A stretch of DNA of 63,449 nucleotides, counting the filler, from Octopus bimaculoides (taxonomy: Eukaryota): NCBI RefSeq assembly GCF_001194135.2. It is 7 parts of 6 records of this genome, joined end to end, with 100 filler letters (N's around TTAATTAATTAA, not from the genome) between each part and the next. Parts side by side here need not be neighbours in the genome. Positions count along the whole stretch, not along the records: positions 1 to 13,890 come from NC_068990.1; 6 more parts are not named here. One strand, given 5' to 3'. A program made the position numbers and the translations under genes. The notes under the pieces are model-generated. The model saw nothing but the letters and a program-made list of their open reading frames with translations. It was not told where the DNA came from and searched no databases. Within the stretch, counting starts at the first letter, position 1, and every line of letters starts with the position of its first letter. Of the stretch, positions 1 to 10,908 are shown piece after piece.

Positions 1-37
<37 letters not shown>

Positions 38-504
38 TACATATACATGCAAACACGCGCCCACTCAGACACACACATAGACGAGTAATTGGTCTCAGGT
101 TTCAATAGAGAATAATTATTCTTGTTATTAAATACAGACCTACATATGTCAATGTATATACGTGAATGTGTGTTCTCGCGAACATACGTGCATCTATGTG
201 TGTATCTATATTTTAATATACATACATGTATGTGTGTCTATGTATGTACATATGTATGTATATTTACACACACACACACATATATATATGCACATACATG
301 CTTACATATACTCTAATGTATTAGCTCTAACACACACACACACATACGTGCGACCATGTGCATATTTGATATATACGCTGGCATACATCATGTATATATG
401 ACATATACACCTTAGTTTTATGTTTTATACAGATGAAACAGCAGAACAGGCAAAAATAAACTGTATAAGTTGGTTCGAGTACAACCAGCGATAGTGCATT
501 ACCT

Positions 505-603
505 TCACAGAAAAAAAAAACATATAATGCTCAACCACCTTGTTGAGTAGGTTGTTGGTGCAGTTGATGTTTGGCCGCAGGTCAACTCCGGTTGAGCAAG
601 TCT
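505..603 (-). CDS. Candidate coding exon (possibly terminal, GPI-signal-like)
   Basis: CATTTTGTACAG acceptor; locally GC-richer; RLAQPELTCGQTSTAPTTYSTRWLSIICFFFL*. Confidence 0.2.
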   Translation of the reverse strand, partial: RLAQPELTCGQTSTAPTTYSTRWLSIICFFFL

Positions 604-1457
604 CTGTACAAAATGTTGACACTTTAATATTTTCGAAGTCAAAAACTCAGTTCACTACTGATTCCGTTACAGAAACGGGATAAAAAGATAGATAAAGAAA
701 CTATTCTCTTTTATAATATGCAGAGTTCTTTAACTCTTGTCAAACGAATAATGTAAGTAATGTTAGATTGATGTATGCAATATGGACGCAGACATTGCGN
801 NNNNNNNNNNNNNNNNNNNNNNNNNNNNNNNNNNNNNNNNNNNNNNNNNNNNNNNNNNNNNNNNNNNNNNNNNNNNNNNNNNNNNNNNNNNNNNNNNNNN
901 NNNNNNNNNNNNNNNNNNNNNNNNNNNNNNNNNNNNNNNNNNNNNNNNNNNNNNNNNNNNNNNNNNNNNNNNNNNNNNNNNNNNNNNNNNNNNNNNNNNN
1001 NNNNNNNNNNNNNNNNNNNNNNNNNNNNNNNNNNNNNNNNNNNNNNNNNNNNNNNNNNNNNNNNNNNNNNNNNNNNNNNNNNNNNNNNNNNNNNNNNNNN
1101 NNNNNNNNNNNNNNNNNNNNNNNNNNNNNNNNNNNNNNNNNNNNNNNNNNNNNNNNNNNNNNNNNNNNNNNNNNNNNNNNNNNNNNNNNNNNNNNNNNNN
1201 NNNNNNNNNNNNNNNNNNNNNNNNNNNNNNNNNNNNNNNNNNNNNNNNNNNNNNNNNNNNNNNNNNNNNNNNNNNNNNNNNNNNNNNNNNNNNNNNNNNN
1301 NNNNNNNNNNNNNNNNNNNNNNNNNNNNNNNNNNNNNNNNNNNNNNNNNNNNNNNNNNNNNNNNNNNNNNNNNNNNNNNNNNNNNNNNNNNNNNNNNNNN
1401 NNNNNNNNNNNNNNNNNNNNNNNNNNNNNNNNNNNNNNNNNNNNNNNNNNNNNNNNN

Positions 1458-1502
<45 letters not shown>

Positions 1503-1635
1503 CAATGTTTTTTTTTATAACATAATAGGTTGAATAGGATGACGACTATATTACAATATTGCAATAACCAATATGTTGTACATATATAGTAATACTACGA
1601 TCATGAAATAAGCATTAGCTTATCTCACTCTTTCT

Positions 1636-1703
1636 CGCGAAACTCCTAGCAACTTTTTGCAGAACCCTAGGGTTCTGGGGAACCTCGACTGAGAAACGCT
1701 ACT
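1636..1703 (-). mobile_element. hAT-type MITE terminus (fragment)
   Basis: Minus reads TAGCGTTTCTCAGTCGAGGTTCCCCAGAACCCTAGGGTTC, like hAT MITE ends; partner end not found. Confidence 0.4.
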
Positions 1704-1771
1704 CTAATGTAAAGACATATCTGTAAGCAACCGATGACCCAGACCAGCCGTAGACGCATATGCAGAGATTA

Positions 1772-1850
1772 TTCTAAACTCAGAATGTAGTGACAGACTG
1801 AATATCACTAAGCATTTCGCCCAGCATGCTAATTATTCTGCCAGCTCGCC
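1772..1850 (-). mobile_element. SINE family A head fragment
   Basis: Reverse-complement match to 20910-20990. Confidence 0.65.
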
Positions 1851-2530
1851 GTTTTTTTACGAGCTTAAATAATGGCAAAATAAATTAATTTTTCGGTTAG
1901 AAAAACCCGTGTAGCTGAATTTCACATTTGTGTGTTTTTCTTATTGTGTTACTTGATCAAGTGTGATACTAGTTGTTGAGCTTCTATCCACACACACACA
2001 CACACACACACAGATACTTTTCAATCAAGTCTTGAATGGTTCTAAGAACATATTCATTCTATTTTTTAAAGGAAATCTTTATTTCCTTGGGAGGCAGTAT
2101 TATTCATTTTTTGGAGGTAAAGAAACACTCGTACTTTTGTGTTTTTAAATTTTGCTTCGTAAATCCATTTTCAGTTAAGTTCATTTAAATTTTGCAATAA
2201 TTCAGGTCTAAGACAGCTGTCACATATAATCTCTACGAAACGTTACAATCGAAGTGTATGATTCATTTCCAGTTAATCGACAATATATTATACAATTTAA
2301 ATATATAATTTTATATATTTAAAAGAAACAACAGAAAATAAAAGATACGCTAACCGAAATATTTTTATTGAGAAAAATATTGTCATCGATACGTTATCCT
2401 TCTTAACGTACGGCAAGTCACGATATTGCTAGTCTGGAAACGTACTATCTTCTACCTTTTATCTTTCACTTGTTTCAGTCACTGGACTGCAGCCTTGTTT
2501 GGGACTCTACCTTGAAGGATTTTAGTCATT

Positions 2531-2728
2531 ATTATTTCAAATTTTTGCCACAAGGGCGAAGTGGGAATGAGTCGATTACATTGACCCCAGTGTTCACCTG
2601 GTACTTATTTTATCGACTCCGAAAGGATGAAACCCAAAGTTGACCTCGGCTGAATTTGAACTCAGACGGAAGAAATGCCGCTAAGCATTTTGCCCGGCGT
2701 GGTAACGAATCTACCAACTCGTCGCCTT
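2531..2728 (-). mobile_element. SINE family A
   Basis: Reverse-complement match along the length of the 20908 copy. Confidence 0.8.
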
Positions 2729-2754
2729 ACATAATAATAATAATAATAATAATA

Positions 2755-2814
<60 letters not shown>

Positions 2815-3429
2815 GTTATTATTATTATACATATATACATATATATACATACATACATATATATATATCATAAAGAAATGAATCTAACTAGCCACACAGC
2901 TACTTATCTCTCTAGCTTTCTGTCTAATCTCTCTATCAACATTCATTGGCAAACACAAATGTGTCAACATCTAAAGAAGTGATAACACGTCTGTAAAAGT
3001 GATTGTCAAGTAAACTGGCGATAGACTTCACTGCACCTGCTCAGCTAAACAATTACCGAAACAGTAAACAAATTACGTACAAATCTTTTACTGTGTCACA
3101 TCGTGTTGTCACTGTTTACGTCTTTACTCCATCGCGGTTTTTTCCTGTTTTTCTAGGCGTTACATTTGTTTGTATAACAAATATTACGATCATTCTGACT
3201 ACACTGTATAATATATATTGTTTTCCAGTAAATTACACAAAAGAAAAATTGAAGAGGAAGACAGCAATAGAAACAAAGAGAAGGAGAGCGACAAAGAGAG
3301 ATTGATGATGAGAATGTCAGCATACTTGCTTGTCTGGATATCTGCGCGAATAGGTTTTGAAAGCTTCTGGAAATAGCTGACTATTATTCTTTCTACTGTA
3401 GACAGAAGGGATTTAGTGTTGTGGGGAAG

Positions 3430-3599
3430 GGGCTACTCTATTACGTTAGCATCAGTATTTAATTGGTACTTATTACATCGACCCCTAAAGGATCTAAGTC
3501 GAAGCTGACATTAGTGGAATTTGAACTCAGAAAGTAAAACCGGGAGAAATGTTGCTAAACATTTTAACCTTCACGCTAGCGATTCTACCAGCTCGCCGC
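3430..3599 (-). mobile_element. SINE family A (diverged)
   Basis: GGAATTTGAACTCAG B-box complement and CCAGCTCGCCGC head. Confidence 0.7.
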
Positions 3600-3832
3600 A
3601 AACTAGCTGCTTAATAAAACAATCCAAAGCAAAAAGTGGGAAATATATTCATCAGGTAAAATGCACAGTATGGAGTCTTGCTCCTGTTAAATTCAATTCC
3701 AATTACCGTACATTACTTAAACGTACAGAAAACCATTCATATTTTTTTTTCCTTTCCGAAGGAAGCTCTAGCGTTAAGCAACTAAGCTTACATATTCGTT
3801 TAACATATGAAATGTGCATATTATGTTTATGC

Positions 3833-3886
<54 letters not shown>

Positions 3887-4164
3887 NNNNNNNNNNNNNN
3901 NNNNNNNNNNNNNNNNNNNNNNNNNNNNNNNNNNNNNNNNNNNNNNNNNNNNCAGCTAAGTTCCAAACCACTATTAGGGATAAAACTTCGAAGAGAATGA
4001 AGAATAAAAACATTTACCATCTACCTCTTGGACCAATGGTCTCTAACTTATTTTAGCAAATAAAATAATTTGCCAGGCGAAGTCTTCTTCAACAGGTTAA
4101 ACATATATACACGTGTATATTAAACATATATGCTCGTTTTACATATATGTTTAATTTGGGTATA

Positions 4165-4237
4165 CCTGCTGAAGAAGACTTCGCCTGGAAAATTATTTTA
4201 TTTTATTTGCTAAAATGTCAGAAACCATTGGTCCAGG
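4165..4237 (+). ncRNA. Minimal type-I hammerhead ribozyme motif
   Basis: Stem I CCTG(4165-68)/CAGG(4234-37); core CTGAAGA 4169-75; stem II GAC...GTC (A.A at its base); GAAA 4221-24; stem III A-CC-ATT-GG-T; cleavage triplet GTC ending 4233. Confidence 0.65.
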
Positions 4238-4609
4238 AGCTAGATGGTAAATGTTTTTATTTTTCATTGCCTTCGAAGTTTTATCCCTAATAGCGGTTTG
4301 GAACTTTGCTGTTCTTTCTAGCGTACAAGGAATCCTATGCTGGATACCTCATATGTGTTTAAATGTAGACTGTATTTATATGAATAATATATAGTCCATG
4401 GACTAAATTTTTACACGATAGGCCACTGGTAGTAGAAATTTCTAATATTTCTTATTACCCTTTATATTATTAGTTATTGATAGTTTTTTCTGGATAATTC
4501 TTGTATTGAAACGCCGGCTGCCCCCACGCGGTAAATTTGAAAAATTAGAATGTATAATTATGGGGCATATACTGGAGTGCCTCGAGTATATATGTTTAAT
4601 CTGGGTGTA

Positions 4610-4679
4610 CCTGCTGAAGAAGACTTTGCCTGGCAAATTATTTTATTTGCTAAAATAAGTCAGAAAACATTGGTCCAGG
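4610..4679 (+). ncRNA. Minimal type-I hammerhead ribozyme motif (second tandem copy)
   Basis: CCTG/CAGG stem I; CTGAAGA 4614-20; GACTT/AAGTC stem II with internal GCAAAT/ATTTGC hairpin; GAAA 4663-66; GTC ending 4675; one stem III mismatch. Confidence 0.6.
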
Positions 4680-5129
4680 AGCTAGATAGTAAATGCTTTT
4701 ATTTTTCATTCCCTTCGAAGTTTTATCCCTAATAGTGGTTTTGAACTTAGCTGTTCTTTCTAGCGTGCAAGAAATCCTATGATGGATACCTCTTATGTGT
4801 TTAAATGTACACTGTATTTATATGAATAATATATAGTCTATAGGGTAAACTTTTACACGCTAGCCCACTGATAGTGGAAATTTCTAATATTTCCTATTAC
4901 CCTTTATATTATTAATTATATATATATATATATAAATATATATATGTAATATTTATATATATATAAATTATATATCTATTTATATATATATAATTTTTCC
5001 CTACGGACCCGTTTGAGTCATATTTTATATACACATATGAATGCATACACACACATACAGCAGAATATGCTTCAGTACACGAACTCACATAAAGGATCTT
5101 GCAAACCAAATCCAAAAATGAAATATGTG

Positions 5130-5160
<31 letters not shown>

Positions 5161-5678
5161 NNNNNNNNNNNNNNNNNNNNNNNNNNNNNNNNNNNNNNNN
5201 NNNNNNNNNNNNNNNNNNNNNNNNNNNNNNNNNNNNNNNNNNNNNNNNNNNNNNNNNNNNNNNNNNNNNNNNNNNNNNNNNNNNNNNNNNNNNNNNNNNN
5301 NNNNNNNNNNNNNNNNNNNNNNNNNNNNNNNNNNNNNNNNNNNNNNNNNNNNNNNNNNNNNNNNNNNNNNNNNNNNNNNNNNNNNNNNNNNNNNNNNNNN
5401 NNNNNNNNNNNNNNNNNNNNNNNNNNNNNNNNNNNNNNNNNNNNNNNNNNNNNNNNNNNNNNNNNNNNNNNNNNNNNNNNNNNNNNNNNNNNNNNNNNNN
5501 NNNNNNNNNNNNNNNNNNNNNNNNNNNNNNNNNNNNNNNNNNNNNNNNNNNNNNNNNNNNNNNNNNNNNNNNNNNNNNNNNNNNNNNNNNNNNNNNNNNN
5601 NNNNNNNNNNNNNNNNNNNNNNNNNNNNNNNNNNNNNNNNNNNNNNNNNNNNNNNNNNNNNNNNNNNNNNNNNNNNNN

Positions 5679-5742
<64 letters not shown>

Positions 5743-5827
5743 CATTATTATTATAATAATTATTATTATAATAATTATTATTATTATTATCATTATTATT
5801 ATTATCATTATTATTATAATAATAATA

Positions 5828-5874
<47 letters not shown>

Positions 5875-5876
5875 CA

Positions 5877-5929
<53 letters not shown>

Positions 5930-5930
5930 T
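5679..5930. repeat. (ATT)n compound microsatellite
   Basis: Read directly; borders a gap. Confidence 0.95.
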
Positions 5931-6306
5931 TCATATAGACTCAACAGATTAGACTGTTGGAAAAGAAAAGAATCCTAACATCAGGCTACAACAAGTACTC
6001 AATAACGAGACACTCTACGCTGTAGAGAAAATTAACTTTAATTGATATACATGCTATATGTTATGTCCCAACACACACACAAACAGCAATCATGTTCAAA
6101 CTTCATTAACATGTAAACAATTAGCAAAACATAGACTTTATGTTTCATAGACAGTTGTCAAATACAAGACGGACTGAACATTTTGCTAGTTAGAGGGAAT
6201 ATAAGTATTACTAATGATTATATGTACTGGAAATGATGTGACAGTCATGGTTGGCTTGGTTTCCATCATATTTACCTGGATTAAGAGGTATCAATAAAGC
6301 TGGAGA

Positions 6307-6361
6307 TGACAAATGCTGTAAATCTGACAAATGCTGTAAATCTGACAAATGCTGCAAATCT
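6307..6361. repeat. 18-bp tandem repeat x3 (GACAAATGCTGTAAATCT)
   Basis: Read directly. Confidence 0.85.
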
Positions 6362-7217
6362 CTCAACATTTCAATATAATCCACACAATTATCATACACA
6401 ACATTGATTAACTTGGAAAGCTTATCAAAATATGGGGCTTCATATAATCACACTGATACACAGCATGTTGAGAGGATCATTATTATTTGTTCCTGATTGG
6501 GGTAATAAAGATTGGTTAATGAATAAGCCCAATTAATGAAAGGTAGGTTCATCTTAATTACATTTAATATAAGAAACAATGTTTGGGTAGCAATGAGAAA
6601 CACTTTTGTATGAAAAAGGGGTTTGGCAGATGAAGTGTGTTAGGTGAGGAGATATAACTTGTAGTTTATTATGAAGTACGGGGTTTAATGATGTTGATTA
6701 GGAAATATTGGTGGGGTGTTTAGCGACATTCTAGTAATTCATAATCATCCTCATCAGAATGATTCTCCACCTCCTCCTTGGTCTACAAAATAATGATTGT
6801 TATTCTATTGACCCCAAGAGAAATGTAAAGTAAAAATGACCTTCTTCAGGATGTCACCTCACTGAATATACATGAACTAAACAACAACATATTTTTGATG
6901 AAGCTGGATAAGGGTATATTGTTGTCACTGCTGTTGTTGTTGACAACAAGGTTTATGAAGAGAAAACCAGATAATTGCAAACATTTCAACTATAAAATTA
7001 CATTAGAATTAATATTTATGTTTCACTTGTGCCATTCTACTTGGTTTATTTTGGGGAAGGAAAACCTACAAAAACTCTCATAATAATAATACTAGGCTTT
7101 AATCTAGATGTATATGCATTTATATACACATACATACATATGAATGAATGTGTGTAATATATACATAAACAAACATGCACATATATTTATACATCCATAC
7201 GTACGTATGCATGTATG

Positions 7218-7380
7218 ATTATCATCATTTACCCCCACTTTCCATGCTATAATGGGTTGGATGATTCAAAGAATATCTTGCCTGAAGTTACATTTTCTGG
7301 TTTTCTTTCTTCAGCTGGATACTCTTCCTGGCACCAACCACTGCACTAAATGCACTGGCTGCATTTTATGGCACCATCAC
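7218..7380 (-). mobile_element. Family C (old, degenerate)
   Basis: CTTTCCATGCTATAATGGGTTGG; CAGCTGGATACTCTTCC. Confidence 0.5.
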
Positions 7381-8536
7381 TAGAGACGATTGTCATGTTC
7401 CTGACAAAACTGTCCTACCCATACCAGTTATGAAAAGTGGATGCTAAAACGTTTATAATGACGAAGATGATATCAGATTATATTGTATTTTCTTTTCTGT
7501 TTATTATTTGTTGTTTTCCCTCATAATTTTGTTTTGCTTGTTCTCAGGTTCTACTGAGTCCCACTCAGTCAAGTATATGACTACACTCGATGAGGGTCAC
7601 CAATTCCTCACCTGTTTTCAAGCAAGAGAATATTTCACCAAGTTCTTCAAACAGAAACAGCACAATGGTTGGATATGTTTTTTTTTTTTTTTGGTGGAAG
7701 ACTGCAAACAAACAACACTGTTTGTATGACGTGACATTTGTTTACAATTAGCAGCTGATGTCTAGACAAGGAAACATGAGCAGACATATGCAAGCACGCA
7801 CACNNNNNNNNNNNNNNNNNNNNNNNNNNNNNNNNNNNNNNNNNNNNNNNNNNNNNNNNNNNNNNNNNNNNNNNNNNNNNNNNNNNNNNNNNNNNNNNNN
7901 NNNNNNNNNNNNNNNNNNNNNNNNNNNNNNNNNNNNNNNNNNNNNNNNNNNNNNNNNNNNNNNNNNNNNNNNNNNNNNNNNNNNNNNNNNNNNNNNNNNN
8001 NNNNNNNNNNNNNNNNNNNNNNNNNNNNNNNNNNNNNNNNNNNNNNNNNNNNNNNNNNNNNNNNNNNNNNNNNNNNNNNNNNNNNNNNNNNNNNNNNNNN
8101 NNNNNNNNNNNNNNNNNNNNNNNNNNNNNNNNNNNNNNNNNNNNNNNNNNNNNNNNNNNNNNNNNNNNNNNNNNNNNNNNNNNNNNNNNNNNNNNNNNNN
8201 NNNNNNNNNNNNNNNNNNNNNNNNNNNNNNNNNNNNNNNNNNNNNNNNNNNNNNNNNNNNNNNNNNNNNNNNNNNNNNNNNNNNNNNNNNNNNNNNNNNN
8301 NNNNNNNNNNNNNNNNNNNNNNNNNNNNNNNNNNNNNNNNNNNNNNNNNNNNNNNNNNNNNNNNNNNNNNNNNNNNNNNNNNNNNNNNNNNNNNNNNNNN
8401 NNNNNNNNNNNNNNNNNNNNNNNNNNNNNNNNNNNNNNNNNNNNNNNNNNNNNNNNNNNNNNNNNNNNNNNNNNNNNNNNNNNNNNNNNNNNNNNNNNNN
8501 NNNNNNNNNNNNNNNNNNNNNNNNNNNNNNNNNNNN

Positions 8537-8581
<45 letters not shown>

Positions 8582-9635
8582 AAAATTGACTTCTGTGTAT
8601 TTCAATTTTGTCGAGCGTAAATATCTGTCTTCACGCTATTTGTATGTTCTCCCTACAACAGTACTTTACATATTTTTAATTTTTTGCACTCCGTCTATTT
8701 ATATACACTATTTACATTTCTCCCTCTATCGAAAACCGTTCTGATCCAGCCGATAAGCCTTTATTACTAACCAATGAGAATTCAACCACGCCACTGAGCG
8801 TTCATGCGTTGGAAAAATATATATCAAAGTGGCTCAAGTTTTTTCACTCAATCTATTTTATTCTACAGCTTTATACGTTGAAATTTCTGTCTACAAATTC
8901 ATTTCTTTGTGTGATATAATATTGTGTCGCTTATTTTCTTTCATTTTTAATTCTAACATGAAAAGACTATAATATTGTCTCACTTTTATTCTTTTACTAT
9001 TGTGTGTGTATTTGGGCGTTCGATACGTACGAGATTATAAAGGACATTTTATACCACGACGACGTCACATATATAACTGTATGTGTCTCTGAGTGTACGT
9101 GTGTGGGTGGATGAGTGTGTATATCTCTCTGACTGTGTATGTTTCCACGTTAGGTATGTTATTAAACACGCGCACACATCTACACATACATATACACATG
9201 TGACGACTGGCATGCGTGAATGTATGCCTGTATGTGTCTCTCTTACTATATGTATGTGACTGTATGTGAGATTGTATGTGCGCGTATCGTCACATTTTGT
9301 ATATAAATGTATATGTGTCTGTGAGTGTGTGTGTTTGCGCACCCGTTATGTACGTGATTAAACACACACACATACATCTACGCAAACTCTTGACAAAAGC
9401 AATTACGTGGAAGGTCCAAGTTATACAAAAGTACACATCTACCGTTCAATTAACGGTTCATAATTATCGCAGCAGTTGCAAGGTTACAAGGTATTTACAA
9501 TTTACTTATATTTGGTTAATTTACACTGTATACAAAAATATAGACATACTACATACATGCAACAGCTTACAAAAATTGAGATTAATGTATATTTTTTTCT
9601 ATGTTCATAATTTTTTGTTTAAAATATTGAAACAA

Positions 9636-10452
9636 ATGTCACCAATGTAAAAACGTATTCTTTCCGGAAACACTATTTAGCAAGGAGGAGTGCAGATAGC
9701 CGAAGGCGAGAGTCTCAAGAGATAAGGGACGTGAGACTTTCTCAACATCAGCAAAGGTGTGCTGCAACAAGTCAGATGGAGTCTCAATACAAAAGGGACA
9801 TGACACTTTCCAAAGATCACCAAACGCATGCTGCAACGCGTCAAATACAGTCTCAAGAGAGAAGAGAGGGGAGAATTGCTCAACATCAGCAAAAGCATGC
9901 TGTAGCAGGCCTGATCGATTCCCAAGACAGAAGGGAGGAGAGGAAACTTTCTCATGATCTACAAAGGCATGCTGCAGCACATCAGATGGAGTCTCAAGAC
10001 AGAAGGTAGATGAGACTTTCTCAAGAGCATCAAAGGCATGCTACAGCACATCAGATGGTGTCTCAGGAGAGAAGGAAGGTAAAACTTTCTCAAGATCAGC
10101 AGAGGCATACTGCAGCACTTAGTGCTGATTCATTAAGACAACAACATTTAGCATGCCAGATTACACAGAGGCCCAATAGAATAGCTCTAAGAAACAGACC
10201 ACGTACAAATTCGTTCTTCACTACATCTGGAGCTGCTTTCAGATACGATCCTTCTTATTTTCATAAAAAGGATAATTTTGTCCAAATTGGTGTGCTAAAC
10301 TTAAATTGTGGTTTATGCAAAGCTTTAAAATTTAGTTCAAAAATGTTTTGTCGTCAATGCTAAACTTTCCTGCATCACCTGGTTCAACACGAATGTAATA
10401 TATATACAACTATGCCGTTTTAATCCCGAGCAACACCGGGTATCTCAGCTAG
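9636..10452 (+). mobile_element. Internally deleted Helitron: 5' part of Rep/helicase ORF fused to the 3' hairpin-CTAG terminus (5' terminus not resolved)
   Basis: Frameshifted ORF from ATG 9636 with six 23-24 aa repeats, then AFRYDP...VQIG...CGLCKALKF...C (Helitron N-terminal Cys motif); CCCG-AGCAACAC-CGGG hairpin 10425-10440; CTAG 10449-52 followed by T. Confidence 0.8.
9710..10119 (+). repeat. Coding minisatellite, six 69-72-bp units (ESQxRRxxRLSQxHQRHAAAHQM-like)
   Basis: Unit starts at 9710, 9779, 9848, 9917, 9989, 10058. Confidence 0.9.
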
Positions 10453-10623
10453 TTTTTAATACTTTTCTAGCCGTACTACGTGTTCGTTTCTTTTTTGCAT
10501 CTTTTATTTTATTTTTGATCTTCTATAGAAATGAAAACATTTCCTTCGTTTTGCTGCTTTTCTCTCTGCAAAATGAGAAGATACATTGCGCGGAACTGTT
10601 ATTTTAACGATTTACATCTATTT

Positions 10624-10729
10624 ATCACCTGATGAGATACGTCTGCACCGTCTGATGTTCCTGAATCAGATGTTAAGTGTCCGACCCGTGAGGGATCGAT
10701 GCTTGATGTGTCGAAATAATTGCCGTGGT
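10624..10729 (+). ncRNA. Degenerate type-I hammerhead motif with long stem II insert (Penelope-like)
   Basis: Stem I ATCAC/GTGGT; CTGATGA 10629-35; stem II GATAC/GTGTC; GAAA 10713-16; near-palindromic TAATTG; U16.1 position is C. Confidence 0.5.
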
Positions 10730-10777
10730 TAGTAAAAATCCTCGTATATTCCATCTCCCGTCTTTCATTTACTATAT

Positions 10778-10908
10778 ATATTGAGAAAAAGGTCGCCAGA
10801 ATTTTGGAAAAAAATCTTTTTATTTATTCATCATTATTAGCGCTAATAATATTGATTAAATAAAAAGACTTTTTTTTCAAAAATTCTGGCGACTTTTTTT
10901 CTCAATAT
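10778..10908. mobile_element. ~130-bp palindromic MITE/foldback element
   Basis: ATATTGAGAAAAAGGTCGCCAGAATTTT... pairs with ...AAAATTCTGGCGACTTTTTTTCTCAATAT; central perfect palindrome ATTATTAGCGCTAATAAT 10833-50. Confidence 0.7.

Larger units (their letters stand above)
3953..4914 (+). mobile_element. Penelope-like pseudo-LTR / retrozyme-like cluster: one inverted partial copy plus two direct ~330-bp copies, each with a hammerhead motif
   Basis: Direct repeats 4143-4472 and 4588-4914; inverted copy 3953-4110; no coding ORF; CTGAAGA...GAAA...TC cores. Confidence 0.7.

Noticed and set aside
9710-10119. CRISPR-like array
   Set aside because: Units are contiguous, in-frame and degenerate with no unique spacers; eukaryotic Helitron context.
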